In this document: piece by piece, positions 1 through 8,367 of the stretch
Numbering within the stretch: the stretch's first letter is position 1
Layout of the letters: every line of letters begins with the position of its first letter
Virus record (IMG/VR): IMGVR_UViG_3300027821_000007
Span: 1-64,000 of that record
DNA: 64,000 nucleotides
Source: a virus
Strand: one strand, 5' to 3'
Position numbers and translations under genes: made by a program
The notes under the pieces: model-generated
The model's database searches: none
What the model was told of the DNA's origin: nothing
Seen by the model: only the letters and a program-made list of their open reading frames with translations

Positions 1-407
1 TAGCCGCCACGGTCCTCACGCCCGCCGCGATCGTCGCGGCCGCCGCCGCCCTCACTGCTCGCTTTGCTGTCGACGAGCTGCAGTTCGCCGCGGTATTGCC
101 GCAGCACCACCTCGGTGGTGTAGACCTCGATGCCGTCCTTGTTCGTGTACTTGCGAGTTTCGTTCTGGCCCTCGAGGTAGACCTTGGAGCCTTTGTGCAG
201 GTACTTCTCGGCTACCTCGCCCAGTCGCTCGTTGAAGATGACGACACGGTGCCACTCGGTGCGCTCCTTGCGCTCGCCCGACTGCTTGTCGTTCCACTGC
301 TCGGAGGTGGCCACCGACAGGGTGACGATCTTGCCGATGGTGCTGCTGCGGACCTCGGGGTCGGCGCCCAGGTTACCCAGGATGATGACCTTGTTTATGC
401 CAGCCAT
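1..407 (-). CDS. ssb: single-stranded DNA-binding protein (C-terminus runs off the window)
   Basis: Manual translation from ATG at 407: MAGINKVIILGNLGADPEVR...SVATSEQWNDKQSGERKERTEWHRVVIFNERLGEVAEKYLHKGSKVYLEGQ...; canonical SSB OB-fold motifs and Gly-rich tail; not in the ORF track because it has no stop in the window. Confidence 0.95.
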   Translation of the reverse strand, partial: MAGINKVIILGNLGADPEVRSSTIGKIVTLSVATSEQWNDKQSGERKERTEWHRVVIFNERLGEVAEKYLHKGSKVYLEGQNETRKYTNKDGIEVYTTEVVLRQYRGELQLVDSKASSEGGGGRDDRGGREDRGG

Positions 408-429
408 GGATGTCTCCGTTGTTGGGGGT

Positions 430-720
430 TCAGTCGAACTTGACCGGGAGCGCTGCCTTCATCGCGGCGATCCAGGCATCGAGGTCGCGGCCGGCCTGGG
501 CAAGCCCTTTCTCGGAGCGCTTGTAGGCCGGCTTGTGCAGGAGCTTCTCGGCAAAAAGGCGCATGTTGGTGGGACTGTAGGCGCGGTTCACCGGCAGCCC
601 GGTCTTGAGGTAGAAGCTCATTGCCGAGCGCACCACGACGGCAGCGAAGAAGTTGGTGGCGTCTTCGCCGTGGAAAACGGTGGTGCCATCTTTCACCTCG
701 ACATAGCTGTCGTCGATCAT
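430..720 (-). CDS. hypothetical phage protein (96 aa)
   Basis: GGAGAG RBS; packed between ERF and ssb. Confidence 0.75.
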   Translation of the reverse strand: MIDDSYVEVKDGTTVFHGEDATNFFAAVVVRSAMSFYLKTGLPVNRAYSPTNMRLFAEKLLHKPAYKRSEKGLAQAGRDLDAWIAAMKAALPVKFD

Positions 721-729
721 GGCGCTCTC

Positions 730-1485
730 CTATGCCCCCTGCGGTTCGGGCGGAGCGACGTCCCAGCGGTCCTGGTAGTCGTCCCTCAGGAGATTGTAGA
801 TCTGGTCGGAGCACCCGTTGAGCAGGACGGCGTTCGCGCGCCACAGCCTGTCGGCGTCGGAGCGGTTCACCGCGGCGCGCAGCCGGTGGCGAAAGGCGCG
901 CAGGTCGCCGTCGAGCGGTTCGTCGGGCGGCTCGTCGGCCTGCGGCGCCATCGCTTCGGGCGGCAGGTCGTCGCGGGGATCGTCGTGCCGGGGAGCGAAC
1001 GGCTCGGTCGGCGGCGGCCGTTTGGGCGGCTCGAAATCGTCGCGGTCGCGCTCTATGTCGGCGACGTCTGAGGGGATTTTAAACAGTGCGATACTGTATT
1101 GTTTTAATGCACTGGTCAACGCCTTGGCCGTTGCTTTATCGTCATAACTACCAGCTCGAAACTGGAACCGGCAGGCGGCGGAATACGACCCGATGTTGAT
1201 CACCGCCTGCTCTTCGCAGTAGGCGTCAAACTCGTATTTCATGATCAATATCCCGCCGATCACGGCGCGGCTGATCTCGCGCGGCGACAGCACCAGCTTG
1301 TGCTTGACCATGGCATCCTGCACATGAGCCATCAAGACCGTTGCTTCGACGAAACGATACTTATGCTCTTTATTGGTCCCGGACTTGGGAACCTCCTCGA
1401 CCTCGCGCATGACGCCCACGATCGCCTGGGCCACCTTGGGGGCGCCTTCAGGCGGAACGAAGATGGGCCGGACGATGTCGCTCAT
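730..1485 (-). CDS. ERF-family ssDNA-annealing recombinase
   Basis: KSGTNKEHKYRF...DDKATAKALTSALKQYSIALFKIPSD resembles the ERF signature; GGAGG RBS before MSDIV; next to ssb. Confidence 0.8.
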   Translation of the reverse strand: MSDIVRPIFVPPEGAPKVAQAIVGVMREVEEVPKSGTNKEHKYRFVEATVLMAHVQDAMVKHKLVLSPREISRAVIGGILIMKYEFDAYCEEQAVINIGSYSAACRFQFRAGSYDDKATAKALTSALKQYSIALFKIPSDVADIERDRDDFEPPKRPPPTEPFAPRHDDPRDDLPPEAMAPQADEPPDEPLDGDLRAFRHRLRAAVNRSDADRLWRANAVLLNGCSDQIYNLLRDDYQDRWDVAPPEPQGA

Positions 1486-1541
1486 CGGTGCCTCCAATGC
1501 AAAACCGCCCCGCCCCGGAATGGGACGAGGCGGCCTGGGAT

Positions 1542-1679
1542 TTAAAAAAGCGACGTCACGGCACGCCACGCTAGCCACACCGCCAGCGCTACAAGGAGGA
1601 GCTCGACCAGGACCTGACCCAGGGCCCGGCCGAAAGCCTCACGGAAACTCGGGCGGGGTGTCGGCGTCGGCTTATTCAT
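1542..1679 (-). CDS. small membrane protein (45 aa)
   Basis: MNKPT...VLVELLLVALAVWLAW; GGAGG RBS. Confidence 0.55.
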   Translation of the reverse strand: MNKPTPTPRPSFREAFGRALGQVLVELLLVALAVWLAWRAVTSLF

Positions 1680-1924
1680 GCCAGCACCCTCCATGATCCA
1701 CCGCCCACATATGGCCCCGGCCTCGCCTTCAGGTAGGGAGTTGCCAGTAATATAGCTGGGGATAACTAAGCACATTAGGCTGGCCCACTCCCTGACCGAA
1801 GGTGTAAAAACCGATACCACGATGATGTGCCGGGTTACAAGAGGAAATCGCGCGCGCCGCTCAGATTAGTCCCGGGCCACCCAACGCACAACGCCCCCCG
1901 GCCGCATGGGCCGAGGGGCGTTTG

Positions 1925-2857
1925 TCAGGGCAGCGACGAGACCGCATCGTCGGCAATGATCTTCCATTGCATGATGCCGGGTCGCTGGATCGGGATCTCC
2001 GGCAACGCCGGATCGGGAGGGATGGGGTCTGGAGCCATGATGGCGATCGGCGCCTCGGCCACGGGCTCCTGGGCAATTCGCTCCGGCAGCTCGTGCTGAT
2101 CAGAAACCTGATCTACAAGCCCGGAGACCTGATCCAGTAGCTCCATGGCGTCGGCCGACGCCCGCTTGGCGTTCCAGCCATCCATCACGTGCATCGGCGT
2201 GTACCAATGCTCCTCCATTTTCGTGCTCAGGGCATTGCCCCGATAAACGATTGCCGGAATGCCCAACAGCGACAGGTGCACGTACGTCATGTGGACGCAG
2301 TGCGGATCTATGTCGACCGCCGAGACATGCAGGTGTTTCTGGAAATTTATGCCTTCATCCTTCAGGACCTTGGCCGCAGCCAGGACCATTCCACCGGCAC
2401 CGCAGCAGGGCTCCATCACAGTGATGAAGCCCTTGCGGCCCATGACTTTGCGGATGTCTTCACCCGAACAGAGGTTCATCTTGGCCATCATCAGGCAGAG
2501 ATGGAATGGCGAGAAGAACTGTCCCCAGTGCTTCATGGCGCTCGCGCTGCCGAGCTCGAGCCGCGACATGATCGCCTGCAAAGGCGGTTCGTCGAAGTCC
2601 TGCATGGCCAGCGAGAGCAGCGCCATCATCTCAGCCATCTTGCGGGCTTCCTCTTTCGAGTATTTGCCCACGATGGTCATGTAGCGAGCCTCGCGTTCGT
2701 CATATTGTCTGATGTCGACGGAATTGGAGATAGCTAATGCGCACATCTCCACCCAGTCGCAAAACACATGGTCGACGCGGTGACGGGAGTCGAAGGAATT
2801 CAGGGTCCGCGCCAACTCATCCAGAGGAGGGCGCGTGACTTTTTGCAGCTTTGACAT
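1925..2857 (-). CDS. N6-adenine DNA methyltransferase-like protein lacking the catalytic NPPY/F motif
   Basis: GQFFSP, EPCCGAGGM (motif I), AVDID and GNALS present; no (N/D)PP(Y/F) downstream. Confidence 0.75.
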   Translation of the reverse strand: MSKLQKVTRPPLDELARTLNSFDSRHRVDHVFCDWVEMCALAISNSVDIRQYDEREARYMTIVGKYSKEEARKMAEMMALLSLAMQDFDEPPLQAIMSRLELGSASAMKHWGQFFSPFHLCLMMAKMNLCSGEDIRKVMGRKGFITVMEPCCGAGGMVLAAAKVLKDEGINFQKHLHVSAVDIDPHCVHMTYVHLSLLGIPAIVYRGNALSTKMEEHWYTPMHVMDGWNAKRASADAMELLDQVSGLVDQVSDQHELPERIAQEPVAEAPIAIMAPDPIPPDPALPEIPIQRPGIMQWKIIADDAVSSLP

Positions 2858-2860
2858 GGT

Positions 2861-2912
2861 TGATGTCTCTCTGCCGGGCGGGATTGCCCGGAACCTTGCG
2901 GTTTCGGCATCA
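2861..2912 (-). ncRNA. hammerhead-like RNA, circularly permuted (type II topology)
   Basis: RNA: UGAUGCC-GAA-ACC gcaa GGU-U-CCGGGC..GCCCGG-CAGAGA-GACAUCA, 3 nt before the AUG at 2857. Confidence 0.6.
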
Positions 2913-2968
2913 GGACGACGAAAGCCCCGCCGCCTCGCGGCAACGGGGCTGGAAAACCCTTACACGGT

Positions 2969-3172
2969 TCAGTCGCCTATTGTTCTCGAAAGCGAAAATT
3001 CGGACAGCACCTCCATCACCTCGTGCGGCTCGGGACAACCCTGGTTTTCCAGAGCGTCCCTAAAGTCGAAGAGCCGACGAATGATGCGTGTCTTGGTTCG
3101 CATTGATGGGGGATCGAGCATGGCGAGCAGCAGGCCGTGCAAGGCTTCCGTTGTGGTCGTCTTTTTGGCCAT
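2969..3172 (-). CDS. hypothetical protein (67 aa)
   Basis: ATG directly follows a leader element. Confidence 0.7.
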   Translation of the reverse strand: MAKKTTTTEALHGLLLAMLDPPSMRTKTRIIRRLFDFRDALENQGCPEPHEVMEVLSEFSLSRTIGD

Positions 3173-3177
3173 GGGAT

Positions 3178-3239
3178 GACCTTTCGCCGGACTGTCAGGC
3201 CGGCTCTCTGCCGCACAGGATTGCCCTGTGCGAAAGGTC
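3178..3239 (-). ncRNA. hammerhead-like leader RNA (type III topology)
   Basis: GACCU-U-stem I-CAGAGA-stem II-GAA-AGGUC. Confidence 0.65.
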
Positions 3240-3277
3240 GGGAAGGAACCCGCGCCGGTGAGGGCGCGGGCCCAGTT

Positions 3278-3427
3278 TCAGATGCCGTGCAGCTTTTTGA
3301 ACTTCTTGAGGTCTTGCAGCGATCTGCTCGATGCGCTCGACCTCTGCTGCAGCTTCTTGAGGAGTTGCGGCCCAACGACGGGCCCGTACTTCTTTATGAA
3401 GCTTTTCAGAGTGCGGATGATTTCCAC
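3278..3427 (-). CDS. small basic protein (49 aa, GTG start)
   Basis: Manual translation MEIIRTLKSFIKKYGPVVGPQLLKKLQQRSS...KKLHGI; AAAGGAG adjacent; below ORF-track cutoff. Confidence 0.6.
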   Translation of the reverse strand: MEIIRTLKSFIKKYGPVVGPQLLKKLQQRSSASSRSLQDLKKFKKLHGI

Positions 3428-3429
3428 CT

Positions 3430-3480
3430 CCTTTCACCCGGGTTGTTCCCGGGATCATCTGCCCCGCGGTGCGGGGAAGG
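3430..3480 (-). ncRNA. hammerhead-like leader RNA with 7-nt core CAGAUGA
   Basis: CCU-U-CCCCGC..GCGGGG-CAGAUGA-stem II-GAA-AGG. Confidence 0.6.
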
Positions 3481-3487
3481 CGCCCGC

Positions 3488-3727
3488 TTACGCGGGCGTC
3501 GGCTTCTTGCTGACGATGCGGCAATAGGGCTCTTCGCATTCGATCCATACCCGGGCCCCGCTCTTGAGCGGGGTGTCCGGCGCATAGACCACGCGCGCCT
3601 GGCCCTCGATCTCGACCTCCGAGGCCGAGATGCGCCGTCCGTTTCGCATGATGCTGATGGGTGGGGTGCGGTCGCCAGATTTCTGGTTCGCCGCTATGAT
3701 ATGGCGATTGATGTAGATCTTTGCCAT
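3488..3727 (-). CDS. conserved phage hypothetical protein (79 aa)
   Basis: IYINRHIIAAN...RVVYAPDTPLKSGARVWIE pattern, which I recall as recurrent in phages. Confidence 0.8.
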   Translation of the reverse strand: MAKIYINRHIIAANQKSGDRTPPISIMRNGRRISASEVEIEGQARVVYAPDTPLKSGARVWIECEEPYCRIVSKKPTPA

Positions 3728-3731
3728 AGCG

Positions 3732-3944
3732 TTACTCTTTCAGGAAAGGGTTTGGATCTTCAGGAATGAAAGCGCGCTGATACAGCCGGGCAATTTCTTC
3801 CATTGCGAGGATCACGGTGAACACCGCGTTGGTGCCATCCGGCCCAAGGCCGATGACTTCCATCTCGACGCCCCACCGATCGGCCCCGACAAAACGGACC
3901 GTGCCGGCTTCCAACAACTTTCTATCGCGTTGCTTGATGATCAT
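3732..3944 (-). CDS. hypothetical protein (70 aa)
   Basis: ATG follows a leader element. Confidence 0.7.
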   Translation of the reverse strand: MIIKQRDRKLLEAGTVRFVGADRWGVEMEVIGLGPDGTNAVFTVILAMEEIARLYQRAFIPEDPNPFLKE

Positions 3945-3949
3945 GGTTT

Positions 3950-4004
3950 GCCTTTCGCCGGCATGCAGCCGGCTCTCTGCCGTGCGGGGATCCGCACGAA
4001 AGGC
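3950..4004 (-). ncRNA. hammerhead-like leader RNA (type III)
   Basis: GCCU-U-UCGUGCGG aucc CCGCACGG-CAGAGA-GCCGG cugcaug CCGGC-GAA-AGGC-aaacc-AUG. Confidence 0.65.
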
Positions 4005-4009
4005 GCCCG

Positions 4010-4342
4010 CTAAGCGGGCGTCCCGAAAACCACCTGTCCTGGGAACAGGTAGTCTTCTGCTTCTTCATCGTCGGGCTTCATGCCTGATGAGTTGTCGAGG
4101 CAGTTCTCGAGGACGACTTCCGCCGCCTCGACCAACTCCGCGTCCAGCAGTACCGTGTAGGGAAAGGTCGGTACGTTGCTGTCCGGGTAGCCGGTCTCCT
4201 CGATCAACCTCAGCAGCGCATCGGCCCGGGCGATCTCGAACGGGTCCGCGTTGTCGCGGACGACCTCCTCCATCCCCTCGGCCATGCTGTGAAAGACACA
4301 GAGGGCGCGAGGGTCGGGGAAGGTGATGATGTTGGCTGGCAT
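4010..4342 (-). CDS. acidic hypothetical protein (110 aa)
   Basis: ATG follows a leader element; D/E-rich. Confidence 0.75.
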   Translation of the reverse strand: MPANIITFPDPRALCVFHSMAEGMEEVVRDNADPFEIARADALLRLIEETGYPDSNVPTFPYTVLLDAELVEAAEVVLENCLDNSSGMKPDDEEAEDYLFPGQVVFGTPA

Positions 4343-4348
4343 TGGGTT

Positions 4349-4403
4349 TGCCTTTCGCCGCGATCAGGCGGCTCTCTGCCGGACCCAGCGGGGCCGGAAG
4401 GCA
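4349..4403 (-). ncRNA. hammerhead-like leader RNA (type III)
   Basis: Same core and three stems with different stem sequences. Confidence 0.65.
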
Positions 4404-4430
4404 CCTGCGCTGTCGGGCGCAGGGCCGGGC

Positions 4431-4655
4431 TTAGTAATGCGTGAGGCGATAGCTGAACTGCGCCTCGGGGAGGTTCTTCAGCATGGTCATAAGCCGACCC
4501 TCGGCCCACATGTCGATCCGCTCCATCGGGGCATCGCCAGGGAATGGCGCCTCCTCGATGCAATAGAGAACGAACACGTGGTCGGCTGGCGAACGGACCA
4601 TGAAGGTCACGTACCAGCGTGTCGCGGCGTCGGAACAGGTGATATTGATTGCCAT
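4431..4655 (-). CDS. hypothetical protein (74 aa, MAINITC...)
   Basis: Start 4 nt after the stop of the upstream gene. Confidence 0.6.
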   Translation of the reverse strand: MAINITCSDAATRWYVTFMVRSPADHVFVLYCIEEAPFPGDAPMERIDMWAEGRLMTMLKNLPEAQFSYRLTHY

Positions 4656-4659
4656 CGCA

Positions 4660-4884
4660 CTACCACTGCCAGTTGGATGGAAGTCTCTTGTGGAGATCAT
4701 CGCATCGTTTTTCGAAATACAGGGCGTCGTTGATCTGGCCCGCAACCCGCATCAACATCGCCGCCCGCTTGTTGTGGGCGAAATCGAGCAGCACTTGCAG
4801 GTGGGTGGCGAAATCCGCCAGGTCCTCCGGCATCATGTTGTCCGCATTGATGTTGTCGAGGTCGTAGGCGAACGCGTTCGCCAT
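4660..4884 (-). CDS. hypothetical protein (74 aa)
   Basis: ATG follows a leader element. Confidence 0.7.
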   Translation of the reverse strand: MANAFAYDLDNINADNMMPEDLADFATHLQVLLDFAHNKRAAMLMRVAGQINDALYFEKRCDDLHKRLPSNWQW

Positions 4885-4888
4885 GGAA

Positions 4889-4945
4889 TTTCCTTTCGCC
4901 CAGTCAGGGGCTCTCTGCCGGTCGCCGTTATGGGCCGGGAGGAAA
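4889..4945 (-). ncRNA. hammerhead-like leader RNA (type III, NUH=CUC)
   Basis: UUUCCU-C-stem I-CAGAGA-GCCC cugacu GGGC-GAA-AGGAAA. Confidence 0.65.
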
Positions 4946-4976
4946 TGAGTGATGGTGGGGGCATCGCCCCCACCAG

Positions 4977-5312
4977 CTAGGACGCGCTAATCGTGTGTTC
5001 GAGAAACACCGCCATGCAGTGAACCAACCGCTTCCGCCGCGCTTCAAAATCCTTGGCCGGAATGCTGCGAATGTTCGCCAGCAATTTGTGGGTTTCCTCG
5101 AGCAACACAACAGCCGCGATGATGTCCTTGGCTGCAAGCGCGGTTCGCTCCGCGTCTTCAGCCCGATATTTCAGGTCGTTATGGTCCGTCTGGTTTACGT
5201 CGTTGGCTCGCGCATCGGCCAACTCGTGCAACCGGTCAGCCTGCGCATCGGCAAGGATGACCAGTTCGTCGAGAAGCTCCATGCTGATCACGACGACTTT
5301 CTGGTGGGACAT
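4977..5312 (-). CDS. hypothetical helical protein (MSHQKVV...)
   Basis: Start reassigned to the ATG right after the leader element. Confidence 0.7.
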   Translation of the reverse strand: MSHQKVVVISMELLDELVILADAQADRLHELADARANDVNQTDHNDLKYRAEDAERTALAAKDIIAAVVLLEETHKLLANIRSIPAKDFEARRKRLVHCMAVFLEHTISAS

Positions 5313-5316
5313 TCGG

Positions 5317-5373
5317 TGCCTTTCGCCGCAGTCAGGCGGCTCTCTGCCGGTTGCCGTTATGGGCCGGAAGGCA
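5317..5373 (-). ncRNA. hammerhead-like leader RNA (type III)
   Basis: UGCCU-U-stem I-CAGAGA-GCCGC cugacu GCGGC-GAA-AGGCA. Confidence 0.65.
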
Positions 5374-5389
5374 GCGATAGGCGGGCGCG

Positions 5390-5689
5390 TCACTCGGACG
5401 CGCCGCCGTCATCAGTGGGGTGAATTCGCCACGGCGGGTCGACGAAAATGCGCTGGTTCCGGTGTTCCGGCTCCAGCGTGTGCTTGGTGATCATGCGCGG
5501 GATGAGCTCATCGAACTTCGTGTGCATCACGTGCACCTGTCCCTTCGTGAGAAACTCGTCCCACATACACCGGAACGGGTCCGGGTCCGGGGACCCCCGC
5601 TTAGCACTGTCCATGCGTTCGTCGCGCTTGTCGGCGACCTTCTCCAAGGTCATCCGCAACCGGCGTGGATACTTCTTCGGTTTGGCCAT
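5390..5689 (-). CDS. hypothetical protein (MAKPKKY...)
   Basis: Start reassigned to the ATG after the leader element. Confidence 0.7.
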   Translation of the reverse strand: MAKPKKYPRRLRMTLEKVADKRDERMDSAKRGSPDPDPFRCMWDEFLTKGQVHVMHTKFDELIPRMITKHTLEPEHRNQRIFVDPPWRIHPTDDGGASE

Positions 5690-5692
5690 GTT

Positions 5693-5751
5693 TGGCTTTC
5701 GCCGGCACACAGGCCGGCTCTCTGCCGGACCCGTCATGGGGCCGGAAGCCA
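5693..5751 (-). ncRNA. hammerhead-like leader RNA (type III)
   Basis: Stem III covaries to UGGCU/AGCCA; core CAGAGA. Confidence 0.65.
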
Positions 5752-5788
5752 GTCGAGATGGACGCGGGAGCTTGCGCCCCCGCGCCGC

Positions 5789-6610
5789 TCAGGCGTCGAG
5801 ATCCTCGATCGCCTTGTGAACGACCGCTGACCGCTTGTCGATTTCGTCCTCGACGGACCCGAGGTCGGGAAACATGCCGCGGATCGCGGCGACCTGATGG
5901 TCGATCATCTTGATCACGTCATGCAGGTTTTCCCGCTCGGCCTCGTCACGCACCTTGAGCGCGTTGGCGACGAACTCGGCGGCCCAGGGCCGCAAGAAAC
6001 CACGCGGATGCTTGAGCGGATGGTTCTCCAGATTAGCCAGAATCGTGCGGCGGATATTGGTGCAGATCTCCATGTAGGCCGCATTGAGGCGCCCACCCGG
6101 CTTGACGACTTCGTCGTCCTGCGTGGTCGGCCACTCCTTCATGGTGAAGATGTCCCTGATCGGGACGCCCTGGAGCACGGACAGCGTGTCAGCCGCGGCC
6201 CACCGGAATATCTCCTGGTAGTCCTCGGGGATGTCCGCATCCTTGATGGTGTTCCCCAGCGCATGCAGGATCTCGGCACGCCCGACCATCTCGTCAGGAC
6301 GCCCGCCGCCAAAAGCGATCAGGGCGCGCTGGTGATAGGCCAGTCGCTCGACCTCCACGATGCGTTGCATATGAGGCTGGTTGGGGAAACTTCTCCAGGT
6401 CACCAGAGGGCCGGCGAGGATCGCCGATTGCTTTTCGGCAACCGGCCTGCTGAACCCGAGCATCGCGTGAATGTCGCGAAATAGGGACAGGCTCTCGGGC
6501 GGCACGCCATAGAGGGCACACTCCGCGAGCACGAGCGCGAAGAAATCGCTTTCCTTCGCGGTCTGCATCAGAGGGTTCCGGAGCATTCGGATGATGTCTG
6601 TTGATGGCAT
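5789..6610 (-). CDS. hypothetical protein (273 aa)
   Basis: Long ORF with natural composition; ATG after a leader element. Confidence 0.8.
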   Translation of the reverse strand: MPSTDIIRMLRNPLMQTAKESDFFALVLAECALYGVPPESLSLFRDIHAMLGFSRPVAEKQSAILAGPLVTWRSFPNQPHMQRIVEVERLAYHQRALIAFGGGRPDEMVGRAEILHALGNTIKDADIPEDYQEIFRWAAADTLSVLQGVPIRDIFTMKEWPTTQDDEVVKPGGRLNAAYMEICTNIRRTILANLENHPLKHPRGFLRPWAAEFVANALKVRDEAERENLHDVIKMIDHQVAAIRGMFPDLGSVEDEIDKRSAVVHKAIEDLDA

Positions 6611-6613
6611 TGG

Positions 6614-6678
6614 TTTGCCTTTCTCCCGGGTATGCAGCCGGGTTCTCTGCCGTGCGGGGGATCCGCACGAGAGGCAAA
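6614..6678 (-). ncRNA. hammerhead-like leader RNA (type III, NUH=CUC)
   Basis: UUUGCCU-C-stem I-CAGAGA-stem II-GAA-AGGCAAA. Confidence 0.65.
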
Positions 6679-6719
6679 AGCGTGAAGGGGTCCCAACGAG
6701 CGTATCGCTGGGACCCGGT

Positions 6720-7271
6720 TCAGGATCTGTCGAGGAACTCCCACTCGGGAGCGTCCTCGGGGGCCGCGTCGGCTATCTTCAACGGGCCCGAGGTTTCGAT
6801 GGCGCCATGGGTGGCGTCCATCATCGCAGTGGCGTAGCGGCTATAAAGCTCTGTTCCGAATTCTGTGTTTTCGCGAACGAGACGCTTCCACAAAGCCTTT
6901 ACGTCGTGTTCAGTCTTGGCTTTCAGGCGGATCCGGACGGAAACCGGACGGTCCTGAACCAGGAACAGGTCCATCTCATAGAGATGAGGGGCCAGTTCCT
7001 CGCGGGTGGTGACTTGTTGGGTTTCGATCTTGCGATACTCGGAAACCGAGATCGCGACGTCGTAGAGGTCCTCGAAGCTCAGGGCTTCGTCGGTATCCTC
7101 GTGCGGTTTGACCACCGCCTGGCCGCCCGGCAACCCAACGAGGACCGTCAGGTTATGCAGCCGGGCGTGGAGGATCATGTTGGCTGAATCCGTGCCAACG
7201 GCTTGCCTCATGCAATCGAGGTGTTCGAGCTGCTCGGTGGGGTGGCCCTGGCGGAAGACCGACATCTGCAT
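6720..7271 (-). CDS. hypothetical protein (183 aa)
   Basis: Abuts the upstream gene; GGAGG RBS. Confidence 0.75.
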   Translation of the reverse strand: MQMSVFRQGHPTEQLEHLDCMRQAVGTDSANMILHARLHNLTVLVGLPGGQAVVKPHEDTDEALSFEDLYDVAISVSEYRKIETQQVTTREELAPHLYEMDLFLVQDRPVSVRIRLKAKTEHDVKALWKRLVRENTEFGTELYSRYATAMMDATHGAIETSGPLKIADAAPEDAPEWEFLDRS

Positions 7272-7272
7272 G

Positions 7273-7782
7273 TCAGGCCCTCCGCTGGTCGGTGAGAAGG
7301 TAATACGGCTGGACGTTGATGATTTTAACGTCCTCGATGGCCGTCACGTCGCCGATTTCCAGTTTTCCCATCAGGGAGGAGATTTCCTCCGGCTTGATCT
7401 GGACAAAGAAGTCCTTGGGGCGGGGTTGCTGTCCCGTGAAAACGTCGTGGACGGTGCCCTTGACGTTGTGGTCGGAATGACCTCGACACTGGATCTTCAC
7501 TGGGACAATGAGCGTGAGCTCGGCGTCCACCAGGTAATCCTGTGTCATGCGCTTGGGTTGGGACAGCATGAGATGCTGCTGGATCGGCTCGGCATATAGT
7601 TCTCGTGGACTTCGCCATACTTTGGCGGGGCCGTCCGTGAGTTCGACAACTCGTCTGACGTTGCCGCTGAGCTCCCACAGGAGGTCCTCGACCACGTCCT
7701 TGTCGGCCAGCATGCTCAACAGGGTGAGCCCGCTGACGTTGAGGATTTCGCCGTTGTCCTTGTGGATCATGAAATAGGACAT
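7273..7782 (-). CDS. hypothetical protein (MSYFMIHKD...)
   Basis: Start reassigned to the ATG after the permuted leader element. Confidence 0.75.
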   Translation of the reverse strand: MSYFMIHKDNGEILNVSGLTLLSMLADKDVVEDLLWELSGNVRRVVELTDGPAKVWRSPRELYAEPIQQHLMLSQPKRMTQDYLVDAELTLIVPVKIQCRGHSDHNVKGTVHDVFTGQQPRPKDFFVQIKPEEISSLMGKLEIGDVTAIEDVKIINVQPYYLLTDQRRA

Positions 7783-7783
7783 G

Positions 7784-7860
7784 GGGTTTCCTTGTCTACC
7801 CGACGGTGCGCCGCGGTATGCGTCGCTTGCCTGCCGGAAACCTTGCGGTTTCGGAAACCC
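7784..7860 (-). ncRNA. hammerhead-like RNA, type II topology, U3-A8 core (UAGACAA)
   Basis: GGGUUUCC-GAA-ACC gcaa GGU-U-UCCGGC..GUCGGG-UAGACAA-GGAAACCC-c-AUG. Confidence 0.6.
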
Positions 7861-7918
7861 GTCCCGGGGTGGCCTGGCGTAGCCAGGCGTAACCATACGG
7901 GGCGATATTCGTTACGTA

Positions 7919-7947
7919 TATATGGCGATTATGCCGAGATGGATCAA
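7919..7947 (-). promoter_or_regulatory. putative leftward promoter TTGATC-N17-CATATA
   Basis: Heads the leftward operon; shares CATAATCGCCATAT with the site at 18453-18481. Confidence 0.5.
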
Positions 7948-8367
7948 CCGGTTATCGACAATATTGTGGTGGACCTGAAATTCTCCGCTTGCGCGCGCCG
8001 GGCGTGGTGCTAGGTTTCCGGCTTCGCCGAAAACGAGTGAAGGCCCGGCGAGGACCGGGCCTTCGATCGATTTGAGGCGGAAAACTAGGCTTCCGGGTGA
8101 ATCAAAAGAGGATAGATAGGTCAGGCACGTCGTCCAGCAGTCTCCTGATATATAGATAACGCTCCACCCTACGCAAGCGTTTGTAGGTCAAGGCACCTCA
8201 CCCGGGCATCACACCGCCGTATGACAACCGTCATGCGGGCGTTACACCGGGGGGAGGAAACCGTCCCATGCGTGCATGCACAATTTCGATTTCGGTGGTC
8301 CAGCCGCATGGGAAAGCACGCGTCGACGTGAAGGACGTGATGCTGCCCTCCTTGTGAGGGGGCGGCC

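Noticed and set aside
4837-4845. Self-target of spacer GTTGTCCGC
   Set aside because: Only one 9-mer matches, and the flanking bases do not match the partner spacer of either unit; a lone 9-mer hit is expected by chance. A full self-target search could not be done by eye.
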